64,000 bases of DNA from Longimicrobiales bacterium (GTDB lineage Bacteria > Gemmatimonadota > Gemmatimonadetes > Longimicrobiales > Gaopeijiaceae). Location of the stretch: positions 352,001 to 416,000 of the forward strand of contig CBDCNQ010000005.1 in NCBI GenBank assembly GCA_965219445.1, read 5' to 3'. Below, one piece after another: positions 19,606 through 33,428 of this stretch. The translations under genes were made by a program, and so were the position numbers. Within the stretch, counting starts at the first letter, position 1; each line of letters opens with the position of its first letter. Under the pieces are notes generated by a model that was not told where the DNA came from, searched no databases, and saw nothing but the letters and a program-made list of their open reading frames with translations.

Positions 19606-21999
19606 CTACTTGATCCCCATCCGGAAACCGATACTGGGCGTGAACGGGAGGGTAGTCACATCCGTCACCACGACCGCGCTGTCGCTCAGGTCGAACTTCC
19701 GGTACCACACATTGTTGCGCCCGTAAGCGTTGAACGCGGAAACGTTCAGTTCGTAAAAGAAGCGGTCGGACTCGAATCGGCGGGTCGCGCCCAGATCCAT
19801 CCGATGGTAGGCGGGAAGGCGCTCGGCATTCTTGCCTCCCACATGGATGTAGCCGAATGAGGTTCCATCGAGTAGCTCCACGCCATACTCGCTCTCGGGC
19901 GCCGTAAACGGCCGACCCGACCCGTAGACCCACGTACCCGAGAACGTCCAGGGTCCAACTTGATAGACACCCACCGTCTTGAGCTCGTGCGTCTGGTCAT
20001 GGCTTGCTGCAAAAGGCTCCCCGCGGTTGAAGTCGTCCAGGTCGTACTCGACCCGGCTCAGCGAGTAGCTCACCCAACCAGTGAGCGGACCCGCCTTCTT
20101 CTGAACGAGTAGTTCCACCCCTTTTGCGACACCCGTACCCGAGAAGAACAGGTCGATGAAGGCCTGCCCGGGCCCACGACGGGAGCGCGTGGAGAACTGC
20201 GTCACGCCGTCGAGACTCTTGTGGTAGCCCTCGAGGTCGAAGAGGAAGCTCCGGGTCTCGTAGCTGACACCCAACAGACGATGCTCGGCGGAGGTGGGAG
20301 ACAGAACAGAGTCAGCGAGCACCCAGAAGTCACGGCTCCCCTCGAGAATGTCCTCGTTCTCCACCCGCTTGATGAACTGGTTATAACGGCCCCAGGCACC
20401 CTTGGCCTTGAGATTCGAGCCGAGGGGGAGTTCCAGGGAGGCACGTGGTTCGAGGTAACTTCTCCGCGTCGCGTCGGAGTGGGTGCCCCGGGCTCCCGTA
20501 GTGAGCTTGAGCCCGGCGGGACCGGTCCAGACGTGCTGGACGTACCCGCTCGTCTGGAGCGCGTCGCCGGCCAGGGCCAAGCTCCCCCGGACGGAGTCCC
20601 CCTGAAGCTGCTCGAAGCCGTAGCGGACGTCGCTCTGAGTCAGCAGAGCCCCGAAGTCGACGGTGGAGGATCGCGCAGCCCTCCAGGAGTTGTCCAACCG
20701 AAGGCTCAGATCCTGGACCCGGTTCTCTTCCAGGAACCCGTTGGCGAACTGATCGGACGTGATCTGCCGGGTGCCGTCGCTGAAGTACTCGCTGGCGGCG
20801 ACCTGTGCGTCCGAACTGAAGCGTCCTCCCCACTGCCGGAACCAGCGGCCGCTAAGACCGCGGTTCCCCCAGTCGGTGATCTCCTCGCGACTCGGCGTAT
20901 TGAAGGCGTTGCCACCGAACTGGATCGCCTGGCCCGCGGAGGACTGGTCCAGATTGTCCGCCCCGCTGTAGAGGCTCATCGCGACTACGTCGCGGGACGT
21001 CGCATTCCAGGTCAGCTTGGAGTTCACGTCGTAGAAGTAGAACGAGGGGGTGGCCTCCTGGACCTGAAATCGCCTGCGACGGCCGCCGAAGCCCGCAGGC
21101 TGCTGTGTGTCCGCCGCCTCGTCCGCGTCGGTCAGCGTATTGAAGAGGCTGTTGAAGAGGCCGCTCTGGATGACGTCCGTATACGACCTTCGGGCGGAGG
21201 CCACGAGCGCGGCGGCGTCCCCGAGCGGGATCTCCACGGCGGTGCGGCCACTCAGTAGATTCGCGCCGGCGCTCATGCGGAAGGCCTGGGGATCCCCCGC
21301 CCGCCCGATCATGTTCACCACGCTGGACGTGCGCCCGCCGTAGCGGGCTGGATACGCGGACTTGTAGAGCTCCACGTCCTTGATGGCGTCGGCGTTGAAG
21401 GCACTGAACACGCCGAAGAAGTGGTCCACGTGGTAAACGGTCATGCCGTCCAGGAGTACCAGATTCTCGTCCGGGGTCCCACCCCGAACGAAGAGTCCCG
21501 AGGTGGCGTCGTTCGTGCCGCTCACGCCCGGTAGAAGCTGGAGCGAGCGGAAGACGTCTGGCTCGCCTAAGGACGGCAGAACCTGGATCTGCTCCGGCGA
21601 GATCGTGACCTGGCCGATCCCGCGACCGGCGTCCATGACTGGCGTCTGCGCGCGAACGCGTATTCCAGCGAGCACGATAGCGTCCGGCGCCAGCATCACT
21701 CTCAGCGGGTCCGTCGGTACTTCGGCAAGCTCCAACACGAGCGTCCTGTAGCTGAGGTGCTCGATGGTGAGTTGGATGGGTCCAGCGGGGAGGCCCACGA
21801 GGGCGAACCGTCCGAACGCATCGGTGAGAGCACCGAAGGAGGATTCGCCCAGGGTGATCGAGACGTTGGGAAGAACCTCGTAGGAGAGGGAGTCCACCAC
21901 GGTCCCCGTCACGTCGGTGCTCTGGCTCCACACGCCCAGGGGCGTCAGAAGAGCGAGGGTCATCAGCATCAGAGTGGTCTTCAGTGCCCGATCACGCAT
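19606..21999 (-). CDS. TonB-dependent receptor with N-terminal carboxypeptidase-regulatory-like domain
   Basis: Signal peptide; LQLLPGV, VRGG..DEN..LLDG..VY...H..G.FS.FN plug; RLPAYHRMD. Confidence 0.93.
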   Translation of the reverse strand: MRDRALKTTLMLMTLALLTPLGVWSQSTDVTGTVVDSLSYEVLPNVSITLGESSFGALTDAFGRFALVGLPAGPIQLTIEHLSYRTLVLELAEVPTDPLRVMLAPDAIVLAGIRVRAQTPVMDAGRGIGQVTISPEQIQVLPSLGEPDVFRSLQLLPGVSGTNDATSGLFVRGGTPDENLVLLDGMTVYHVDHFFGVFSAFNADAIKDVELYKSAYPARYGGRTSSVVNMIGRAGDPQAFRMSAGANLLSGRTAVEIPLGDAAALVASARRSYTDVIQSGLFNSLFNTLTDADEAADTQQPAGFGGRRRRFQVQEATPSFYFYDVNSKLTWNATSRDVVAMSLYSGADNLDQSSAGQAIQFGGNAFNTPSREEITDWGNRGLSGRWFRQWGGRFSSDAQVAASEYFSDGTRQITSDQFANGFLEENRVQDLSLRLDNSWRAARSSTVDFGALLTQSDVRYGFEQLQGDSVRGSLALAGDALQTSGYVQHVWTGPAGLKLTTGARGTHSDATRRSYLEPRASLELPLGSNLKAKGAWGRYNQFIKRVENEDILEGSRDFWVLADSVLSPTSAEHRLLGVSYETRSFLFDLEGYHKSLDGVTQFSTRSRRGPGQAFIDLFFSGTGVAKGVELLVQKKAGPLTGWVSYSLSRVEYDLDDFNRGEPFAASHDQTHELKTVGVYQVGPWTFSGTWVYGSGRPFTAPESEYGVELLDGTSFGYIHVGGKNAERLPAYHRMDLGATRRFESDRFFYELNVSAFNAYGRNNVWYRKFDLSDSAVVVTDVTTLPFTPSIGFRMGIK

Positions 22000-22090
22000 C
22001 GCTCCCGCCTCTCCAAAGCGCCCGTAAATCGTTGATTCTGCTGGGTCAGAGGCTTATGGGGTATCTGACGATGCCCCCAGAGTTGCCCCA
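21996..22090 (-). mobile_element. attR-like end of an integrative element (inverted relative to 60274-60367)
   Basis: Minus strand reads TGGGGCAACTCTGGGGGCA, CAGATACCCC, IHF consensus AATCAACGATTTA, AGG, core CGGGAGCGATGC; same order as at 60274-60367. Confidence 0.8.
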
Positions 22091-22415
22091 AACGCCGTGA
22101 CGCCATCCGTGAGGTCTGGGGGCAGGCCTGTACGAAGTACACCGAGAGGAGACTTCACCGATTTCTTAGCAAGGCAGCCCCTGGCAAGGTCCGACGCTGG
22201 TGGCTACCGTTGCGGTTTGGAAACTATACGGGGGTCGAGGCGGGGGAGCGGGCTGGGTGGCTTCCACCGGTCTGGCGCAGCCCCTTCGCAGCCGCCGCCC
22301 GGTCCCCATCGCTGAAGAGATCGTCCCACTGGCGGTCAGCGACCACCATGCCAGCTCGACACAGCGACCGCGGAGTCTGGTCAAACGCAACGGTCTGGAA
22401 AACTGTTGAACGGGG

Positions 22416-25165
<2,750 letters not shown>

Positions 25166-25287
25166 GGGACGAGGCGCCTGCGTCTGGTGACTGTGCGTGG
25201 AGCGTTTGTGTTCGTCTTACCCCGTAGGGTCACGGCGGTAGTCTCAACGTTCATGGCAGGGCTCCCGGCGTGGTCGCGTGGGCACGC

Positions 25288-25537
25288 TCAAGCGGCCGCC
25301 GACGCGCTTCGGTCCCTCATCGAAGGCGACTCCACTACTAGGTCAGAGCTCGATGTGCTTGGTACGGGGTCGTCTCCGTCCACGGTGACGGCGATCTGCT
25401 GCGTGGCGGTCAATCCGCCAGGGTCGGTGGCCCTGACCGAGACGATAGCGGCACCGGCACTTACCGGAGTTAGCGTTAAGGTGGTTCCCGAAACGCTGGC
25501 GCTCACAACACCGACGTCACTGGAGACGGCAGCATTT
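25288..25537 (-). pseudogene. Ig/cadherin-like domain fragment
   Basis: SSDVGVVSASVSGTTLTLTPV...VRATDPGGLTATQQIAVTV; no own start. Confidence 0.6.
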
Positions 25538-25670
25538 GCACAGGTAGACGTCTTCGTCGAGCAGGGTCGCCACAACCTCGGCCGGGGACCGGTCCACGAA
25601 TCGCTCCGAACACAGCGTGTCGAAGACCTTGTCTCGTTCCTTCTCGCTCAAGGCCCGGGCTGGGGTCAGG
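25538..25670 (-). mobile_element. IS3-family transposase fragment
   Basis: Reverse strand ARALSEKERDKVFDTLCSERFVDRSPAEVVATLLDEDVYLC. Confidence 0.7.
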
Positions 25671-25906
25671 CGAGGCTGCTGATGCCCGGGCTGTAGTGAT
25701 ATTGTTGTAAGTCCTTGCCATTATTCTACTTATCACTATACACCTATCTATTGTCCCCTCATTACACCCCTCTTTCTGAACGGGAATCCAGTGGACCGTA
25801 GCGGAGGTTCCCGGAGGCGGCGAAGGAGCGAAGCTTGCCGGAGGGCAGTTTGTCGATGGCCCCTGTCCTCTCTCATCGCGAACTGTCAGATGATTTCCGT
25901 CTCAGA

Positions 25907-26134
25907 TCACTTCGCGTTGCCGCGGCTCGCGGCGATCTGCTCTCGGATCCACGCATCCACTTCGGACTCGATCCAGCCGACGGCGCGCGCGCCTAGCCGG
26001 ATCGGTTGGGGAAAGCTCCCGTCGGCCACCCGCACGTAGATCGTGCTCCGCGCCAGCCCGGTGCGGGTCTGCACTCGAGGTAACCTCAGGACGCGGGCGG
26101 GCGCGTCCATGCTCTGTTCCATTGCTCTCGTCAT
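25907..26134 (-). CDS. alpA: AlpA-family regulator/excisionase
   Basis: LRLPRVQTRTGLARSTIY...FPQPIRLGARAVGWIESEVDAWI; GGAGG RBS. Confidence 0.92.
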   Translation of the reverse strand: MTRAMEQSMDAPARVLRLPRVQTRTGLARSTIYVRVADGSFPQPIRLGARAVGWIESEVDAWIREQIAASRGNAK

Positions 26135-26209
26135 CGGTCTGCCTCCGTTCTGTTCGGTGAAGAATTCCGGGGCGCGTTGACCCGGGAGGGAACAGGGGCC
26201 ACATGGGCC

Positions 26210-26380
26210 TGGCGGCAGGCTTCGATGAACACGGGGACCTGGCAGGCCATCGCCAGTCTCGGGGATCGGCCAGGACAGAGCTGACGCACCGGGTTGAGAT
26301 AGCCCACCGCCCGCAGGCCGAACGGCGCGTGGCCGAGCGCGACCGGATGCCGCCTCGGAGGGAGCTTTCAAGTGAGTCGA
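26210..26380 (-). pseudogene. Degenerate Cro-like HTH gene upstream of alpA
   Basis: FGLRAVGYLNPVRQLCPGRSPRLAMACQVPVFIEA aligns by eye with the N-terminal domain of 52137-52652. Confidence 0.55.
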
Positions 26381-26481
26381 AGGTTGGCCGGCGGGTCGCG
26401 GTGAGGGTCACCCTGGATCTTGATCTTGCCGCATCGAGCGGGCGCGGCCCCACACGTCAAGGTGGGCGCCGCGCCCAGCGC

Positions 26482-26907
26482 TCAGCGGGAGATCACGCTC
26501 CCGTACACGCTCAGGTCCCCAAGCGTGAAGTCCTCGGCCGCCACCTGCAGCAGCCTCACGCGGTACCGGGCGTGGTCGCCCCGGTGGGGCACCCAGACCC
26601 GCAGCACGGGCCCGTCTGGCGGCAGCGCACCGGCGATGACGACCTCACGTCGTGTCGAGGACGATTCGTCCGTCTCGAACATCTCCAGACCCGGCGCCTG
26701 AAGCGAGTCGATGGCCGGACCCTCCACGACGAGCATGGCTCCGATGTCGCGGGCCTGCGGCGGGGCCGTCAACCGAACGTGCAGAGGGCCGGGATCCACG
26801 ACCGACGCGTTGGCTACGTCATACCGGGGTGCGTCATTCCGCGGGTCGACGATGCCGTCCCCGCAGCCCCAGACCGAGATTACCACGGCCAGCAACGCCG
26901 TCCGCAA
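26482..26907 (-). CDS. Hypothetical lipoprotein
   Basis: Short hydrophobic signal ending VWGC; plausible globular body. Confidence 0.65.
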   Translation of the reverse strand: MRTALLAVVISVWGCGDGIVDPRNDAPRYDVANASVVDPGPLHVRLTAPPQARDIGAMLVVEGPAIDSLQAPGLEMFETDESSSTRREVVIAGALPPDGPVLRVWVPHRGDHARYRVRLLQVAAEDFTLGDLSVYGSVISR

Positions 26908-27076
26908 CCACCCGGACCGCCGGGTCCGGGAACCGGTGGCGGGTGGGTCGGGAACCGTTCGGCGGTGGCGGGCAGGACCGCGCGCGCCCTTTCGCCGGCG
27001 GCTGGCCCCTCCCGCCGGCCCCGACGCAGGCAGCGCGGGGGGAGGGGAGGGCGGTCCGGAGCCGGCGGCCGGCCCG

Positions 27077-27412
27077 GCCGAGGAAGATCACGTTCTCCTT
27101 ACGCTCCAAGAAGCCGAGCTCGTGGAGGCTGTCGATCTGCTCGCGCTTGATCGAGGGCTGGAAGCTGAAGTCGAAGTCGTCGAGGGTCTTGATGCCCGGT
27201 AGCCGGCTCGAGCGCATCGCAGCCTGAAGGCGGCGGTTGTTGCGCAGCGTGATCTGGGCACCGAGGAGTTGCTCGATGGCCTCCGAGGCCGTCACGCCTC
27301 CGCCATCGACCCCGGTGAGGACGTCGTCGATGGCCTCCAGCGCACCGGGCATCTTGAGATCGGCGAGCTGGGCTCGGATCCGGTCACGGCGAGAGCGAGC
27401 GGCAGCCTTCAT
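27077..27412 (-). pseudogene. istB: IS21 helper ATPase IstB, truncated at the Walker A motif
   Basis: KTLDDFDFSFQPS...ENVIFLG, then unrelated sequence. Confidence 0.88.
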
Positions 27413-28437
27413 CGGTCCCCTCCCGCGATCTGGGCATAGGCCGTGAGGGGACGTCGCTCGACGTGGATGGCCGGCAAGGACGTCGTGCCGGGTGAGGAGC
27501 GATCCGGAGGCAGGACGAGGGGGTGATACGGGCGAGTCGCCAAGGGCTCGAGGAGCAGTCGTTCACGCTCGAAGCGATCGAGGGGCCGCTCCTTCAGCGT
27601 TCCGTGGCTGCGCACATTGGCTTCCGTCTCAAGCCAATGAAGGGCCTGCGCGTTGAGATCGTCGTCCGACGTGAAGGTGCGCCCGTAGAAGAAGCTCTCC
27701 CTGAGGTAGCGGATCGGCCGCTCCACCTTGCCCTTGGTCTGAGCCCGATAGGGTCGGCACGCTCGGATCCTGAAGTTCCAGTGGTAGGCGTAGCGCATGA
27801 ACTCCGGGTTCTCGACGAGGGCACCATCGTCGTATCGACCGTCCTCGATGACGACCGCCTTCATTGGGTCGAACAGAAGCTCACGGGGCACGCCGCCGAA
27901 GTAGGAAAACGAAGACTCCAGGCCATGCATCAGGGCCTTCATGGTCTGCCGGGTGTAGAACTGAACCCACAGCAGCCTCGAGTAGCCCAGCACGACGATT
28001 AGTGCGTAACGCTTGCCCCACGGTAGCCGGAAGTGGGCGAAGTCCACCTGGCCCTGACGCCCAGGCGCCGTCTCGAAGCGCACGACCGGCTCCTCTGGGG
28101 GTCGAGGCCGGACCTTGCGTACATAGCGCTTCACTTGGTTGTAACTGCCCGGGTAGCCAGCGGCCCGGACCTCCTTGAAGAGCCGTACAGCCGTGAGCTT
28201 CGGGTACTCCTTGAGACGCGTGTCGATCAACGGCTTGTACGGATCCAGCTTCGACGGCATCAGACATCTCGGACCGTACCCGACACGCTCTTCGTCCAAC
28301 TCCCGGTCCAGTTGACCGGTCTCTATCCAGTGGTACACGGTACGGCGACTGACCCCCAGATCCCGGGCGATCACCGCCTTGTTCATCCCCTGCTCGAGGT
28401 AATGACGGAGCAGCACGCGCTTCTCCCTTCCGATCAT
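27409..28437 (-). CDS. istA: IS21 transposase IstA
   Basis: SKLDPYK, RFETAPGRQGQVDF, LGYSR, KGKVER. Confidence 0.95.
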   Translation of the reverse strand: MIGREKRVLLRHYLEQGMNKAVIARDLGVSRRTVYHWIETGQLDRELDEERVGYGPRCLMPSKLDPYKPLIDTRLKEYPKLTAVRLFKEVRAAGYPGSYNQVKRYVRKVRPRPPEEPVVRFETAPGRQGQVDFAHFRLPWGKRYALIVVLGYSRLLWVQFYTRQTMKALMHGLESSFSYFGGVPRELLFDPMKAVVIEDGRYDDGALVENPEFMRYAYHWNFRIRACRPYRAQTKGKVERPIRYLRESFFYGRTFTSDDDLNAQALHWLETEANVRSHGTLKERPLDRFERERLLLEPLATRPYHPLVLPPDRSSPGTTSLPAIHVERRPLTAYAQIAGGDR

Positions 28438-28659
28438 TGCACCTCCACGTTCGCGGTGGAGGCGCCAAGTGAGTGGATCGGCCGGAAGATCGCTCGAGGT
28501 GGTGCCTACATCCCCACTCTCCCGCCCGCTAGGTCAAAGCGCCAAGTGTGCAATTTTCGATGGCCACATGTGTGCAATATTGGAAGGCCGCTAACATCCC
28601 TCAGCGAATAGCCTGTTCCCTGTGAGATCGAGTCCGTCGCGGTTGTGTTTCCACCGTCA

Positions 28660-29110
28660 TGCGTCCTGGAGATGCCGGCCGCGTGGTTCGATTCGGGGGT
28701 GGCCGAGTTTCTGGGCGCACGGTCCGGAGGCCGTCGTCCTCCAGCCTGCGGGGGCCGGGTGATCCGGAACGGCTCCGGCCGACACGCCGCGGTCGCTCAC
28801 CGGTACGGCCGGCCCATCGGATGCCATGGTTCTTCGCCGCGAGCGGCGGGGGCCAGCGCGGCGCCGCTTCGGCCCGCGGCGTCCTGCCCTGCGACCGGTT
28901 TCCCGCAGTGGGGCGAGAGCGCGGGATGACGAGGGGGTTCGGGGAGGATGCGGGACCGCCCGTCTGCACGGCACGGAGCCCGGAGGCGGAGTCCCGCGCG
29001 GGGCTGATTCCGAGGGCGATCCATCTGCGGATGGCCGGCGGAAGCTTCCCGAAGCGCGTCCGACCGGGCGCGCGGGTTCTTGGCCGGGTCGAGGCCGAGT
29101 GGATGTGTGG
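28660..29110 (+). pseudogene. Degenerate Cro-like + AlpA module
   Basis: WFDSGVAEFLG/RT...GDPERLR...GRS and GLIPRAIHLRMAGGSFPKRVRPGARVLGRVEAEW mirror 52137-52652. Confidence 0.65.
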
Positions 29111-29534
29111 ATCCGGTGCCGTCTGCCCGCGCCGTCCGGACCGCGAGCTCGGCTCGTGCGGTCGGGGACTGCCTTCTGTCGCGTCTTTCCGGGGACCTCT
29201 CCCTCCCGGCCCTCGCGACACAGATGGAAGCGGAGCAGGCGGTTCGGGCGATCGTCGACCACCTCAGCTCCGGGATGGAGCAGTACGTTCCGTCCGCCCA
29301 CCCGGCCGCCGAGTCGTTGGTTGCCGCATACTTCGACCTCGCACCCGCGGTCCCGGGGCTGGAGCGCATCCGGGTGGCCGGGGAAGAGATGCGGCTCCCG
29401 GTGGAGGTGACGACCGGCATCGCAGCGGACGGAGGCACGATCCGCACATTCGTCTTCCCTGACCGACCGCGGCCCCCCGGGCATGGCTGTGCTCGGCTCC
29501 TTCGGGCGCGTGCCGGCGCCGGTTTCGCCGATGA

Positions 29535-30080
29535 TCAGAACAGGATCGTGCCCCGCGCCGTGATCCCGTAGGTGGCCGGGGCCGCCCCGTGGCCGCGACG
29601 CTCGAGCTCCAGGTTCACGTTTGTGGACCGGCCGGTCGCTAGGTGGCTCCCGACGCGATAGCCCCGTGCCACCTCGTCGCCGAGGGCCATGCTGACGTAC
29701 GGCGTGAGCGCGCCACGTCGCCGGGGGACCCCGAAGCCGTATCCGACATGGGCCTCCAGGCGCGGTCCCGTGGCGTCGTATGAGGTCGGGACCGCGGAAC
29801 CCTGCTCCCACAGCTGTGCGACGCCGCTCGCCGTCCGTCCCCACGTCGGCGTGAGGCCGACGGAAACGCCGCGTTCGGACGCTCCGGGATCATAGAGAAT
29901 CCGTGTGCCGAAGCCCCATTCGTGGATCGTGCTCTGGTGGAACGCCAGCCAGCGGCCCTCGCTCTCGACGCTCAGCCCCGTATCGGAGTTCCGATACCGG
30001 AGTCCACCGCCCAGCTCGAGGCCGCCTCCGCGCTCCCCGTCTCCCGCGTCGTGGCGAAACCCCAGCTCCGCCCTTTCACG
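29535..30080 (-). pseudogene. Autotransporter-like beta-barrel C-terminal fragment
   Basis: ELGFRHDAGDGERGGGLELGGGLRY...LTPTWG...EAHVGYG...LTPY; ends in F; 5' part replaced by IS. Confidence 0.7.
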
Positions 30081-30154
30081 CAGGCACCGGGCGAGGCGGT
30101 GTGCCGCAACGAAGCTAACGTCGTTTCTCAAAGAGGAAAGTCCATTTAGCATAC

Positions 30155-30475
30155 TGACCTGCCCCCAAGAGCGGTACCACCCCAGCACCTGTGGAGGGCC
30201 GTGAAGGACGGGCATCGTCAGGAACCAGGGCGACGGCTTAATCGCCTCAGGGGCCGGGGGAAAGCCGCCGCAGGCGCTGTGGGGTCGGACGGTATTGTAC
30301 TCGCGCCTCCATTGCTCGACCAGCACGGCCGCCTGCGCCAACGAGTAGAAGATCTCCCCGTTCAACAGCTCGTCCCTGAGCTTGCCGTTGAAGCTCTCGT
30401 TGTAGCCGTTCTCGTGCGTGGCTGCCCGAGCACCCGGCACGCTCTCCTCTCCGACGCCCCGAGCTGCCGACGGCT
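30155..30475 (-). mobile_element. Internally deleted IS3-family remnant
   Basis: LGASERRACRVLGQPRT joined to [15 protein letters not shown]...YNTVRPHS; terminal GGGGGCAGGTCA at 30155. Confidence 0.85.
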
Positions 30476-31224
30476 AATGGGCGCGGCGTTTCAACGGACC
30501 GGACCAGCGGCCTCCCGGTTTCGACGCTCGCTGGCCAGATAGGCCGACCGGTCGTCCATGAGTCGGCCAAAGTGGGATCGCTTCGGTCGTAAACGTTCGG
30601 TCGAGGTATGGAATCACCCTGCCGACGGGTGAGGCTCGGTGCGCACGGGCGACCGGACTCCTTTGATGGCAGCCACTTTCAACCTCCTACCGGTCCGCGT
30701 CATCACACCACGACTGAACGGCTACCTTCGGTCGGCGCTCATCCGGCGACGCCTCGTATCGGGCGCGGCCAACCCCTGCTGCAGCCGCCCGTTCGTTTTG
30801 TATATCCGAAGTGATCCACAACGTATCGGCTACCGGCTAACCGCAAGCGTAGCAATAGGTTACTGAATCATTCGTCGGTTCAACCAGGACTGCGCGATCT
30901 GCTGCACTTGCCGTCCTACCATACCTGATGCTGCCGTGCTTAAAGGGCGGGGAAACGGCATCAAGTGGCGGGTATGACTGGCAGGCATCTCGAACCCGGA
31001 TCAGGGCCATCGCCTTCTCGACCGGGTGATGGCTCCGGGACATTTGCCGTTCAACCTGGCCATTCGCATTGGTCAATTGGCTCGTGGTCCTCTGGGTCGC
31101 CCCGAGGATTCGGAGCTGGTCGTACACCATTTGCTGGACCGCTTCACGGGAGGCGATTTGACGGAGACGCTCAGCCGCATCGAGGGCACCGAGCGGGAAT
31201 CTGTATCCGAGGGGTCTGCGGCGA

Positions 31225-32963
31225 TTCCGGTCTTCTCCGCGATGCGCCGCTCCGCCATGCGGAAGAAGCGAACGTAGAGATCGTTCAGGCCCTGTCCTTC
31301 GGGCCGGCGCACCTGCTTGGTCGTCCGATAGGCTTCCGAGAGTTCACGCTCCTCGTCCACTGCCATGCCGGCGAAGCCGTTGCAGGGTGGGTTACCGAGG
31401 ATCACCAGAATCGGGGTTTCCTGCTTCACCCGATCTGCCCGGTCGCGTTCCTCTTCAAGCTCCGGGAAGGGCAGCGGCTTGTTCATGTGCGGCTCCCATC
31501 CGGTCAGCGCGCTCGGTGAGGAACACGCGCGCGCGCTCGGTGCCGTCATCCGCCAGCGGCGCGTCCAGATTCTGCATCGTCAAGCCGACCTGCAAATGCG
31601 CGACGACGAACGGCGCGGGCATGATCTCGAAGCCGAAGACGCGGTCGGTTGCCGCGTTCCTAACCGCTACGCCGGCGAGCGCACCGAGGCCCTGTGCTTC
31701 GAGATTGAGAGCAATGCGGCGGAGCACCTCCGCGAGATAGGACCCGGTACCGCAGCACGGGTCCAGCACGTAGACATTTTCTGCCGCGAGCCCGTCCGGA
31801 ATGTCGAGATCGTCCTTCAGCGCCCTGTCCACGCGGGCCACCATGTAGCGGACCACTTCCGTTGGCGTGTACCAGACGCCCAGTTCCTTGCGCAGTGCGG
31901 GGTCGAAAGCTTCGAGGAACGGCTCGTAGAAGTACGGCACCGCCTCGCCCTCGTTGAACCGCGAGAAGAACTCGGCCCGGTCCACGCGGTCGAGTGCCGC
32001 CGCCGTCCAGTCCAGCACTTCGACGAGGCCGAGCGGCTTCAACCGGCCCGGGTCGGACAACTGCTGGAACAAGGCTCGCAGCACCGGCGCGCGCAGGTGC
32101 CAGACCGCCTCGCGCCAGCTGAACCGCGCCGGATTGTAGCCGCCCTCGAACAACGGGCCGTCGTTGCTCTTGGCCTGCCGCGACCACAGCACCCACGCAG
32201 AGAAGATGCCGTAGAACAGCGTTTGAATCAGCGTCGAATGGAAGAAGCGCTCCCCGCGCTCGCCCTCGAGGCGAATCCCGAGTGCTTCTTCCAGCGCCGA
32301 CCGGACCGTCAGGAGAGGCGGGGCTCTGTCCGCTGCCTCGACACGGGCCAGCCCATCGCGGGCGTATGAAGCGAGCAGCCAAGCCAAGTCCTTCGGCTCG
32401 GCCAAGGCGGCGCGGTGCGAGAGAGACCGGCGAAGATATTCGCCGAGGCCCGCGCCAACCTCGTGGGCAAAAGCGCGAGGCTTCTGCAGCCTGCGCCAGA
32501 AGTCGTCAGTGCTCTCCGCCAACCGAAAGGCTTCGAACTTTGCCGGATCGCCTGTCCCGTCTGTGCCCACCAAGACGAAGTAGCGCAGGTTCGTTACCAA
32601 TACGAGACGGTAGCGGCCCCAGTACCGGCTCACTTGATCCGATTCGGCGGTCACGCAGGCGTCGTCCTCCACACCCTTCACCTCGACGACGCCTCGCTCC
32701 GGGACCTGTCCCTCCCTCGGGCGGCCCTTCTGGACCTGCTTCGCCGTGTAGAGGGCATAGTCAGGATGGTCGGCACCCTGATCCGCCCCCTCGAGAACGC
32801 AGAACACCTTGGGCTTCAGCGTGTCTCCGACTGCGCAAAGCAGGTCCGCCAGTGCAGGGTAGTAGGAGCGCTCCCCAGTCCCGCCACCAGAGGCGTGCAC
32901 CCTACCCATGTCGGTGAAGTACGCCTCGACCGCAGAGATCAGCTCCTTGTTCGGACCTGTCAT
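31225..32963 (-). pseudogene. N6-adenine methyltransferase of a fused restriction-modification enzyme (type IIG/ISP-like), frameshifted near 31515 and 3'-truncated
   Basis: VVEVK, GVWYTP, LDPCCGTG, GFEI; second frame ALTGW...ILGNPPC...DLYVRFF. Confidence 0.85.
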
Positions 32964-33100
32964 CGTGCCTTCCTGAAAGTCGGACGCGCCGCCGCCTCAG
33001 GGCGAGATCCTGTAGCTTCAGAACATATCACGAGGGGCGGTATTGTCTGCTCGCGTTGTCGAGCTGAAGGCACTGGAACCGTACCGCAATCGGTCGTCGC

Positions 33101-33248
33101 CTACGAGAGCGCCAGGAACGCTGCCTGCGCGTCGGCTCCGAAGGCGAAAATCTCGGTTCGGCTGGATCGCAGTAGAGCCTCGATGTCGGCGGTCCTGCCT
33201 TTGCCCCGCCGGATCCAGATGACCTTCGGAGGCGGACCCCGCAAGAAT
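33101..33248 (-). pseudogene. DUF5615-like PIN toxin C-terminal fragment
   Basis: FLRGPPPKVIWIRRGKGRTADIEALLRS...AFLALS*. Confidence 0.65.
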
Positions 33249-33428
33249 GGGCTCACGGTTGAGTGTTGAAGTTATGGGGTGGAATGGGATTTGGTCGAGT
33301 CGTACAGTCGTACAGACATCTCATCGAGGCGCCCTCGAGAGTGATGCGATGGGCGCTGTCACACTCTCGCTCTCGGCGTTGACGACGCTGACGCGCGCGG
33401 AGCGTATCATCGCCAAGCCGGAGCTTGG

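Larger units (their letters stand above)
27077..28596 (-). mobile_element. IS21-family element, right part deleted
   Basis: Left end TGTTAGCGGCC... at 28596 with tandem repeats GTGTGCAATTTTCGATGGCC/GTGTGCAATATTGGAAGGCC; istA plus partial istB. Confidence 0.9.

Noticed and set aside
29535..30440. Transposase-autotransporter fusion protein
   Set aside because: Chance in-frame junction of an IS3 remnant and a barrel fragment
30413..30442. 30-bp repeat shared with about 60109-60138 as a novel dispersed repeat
   Set aside because: It is IS3 orfB coding sequence (ACRVLGQPRT) in two IS remnants
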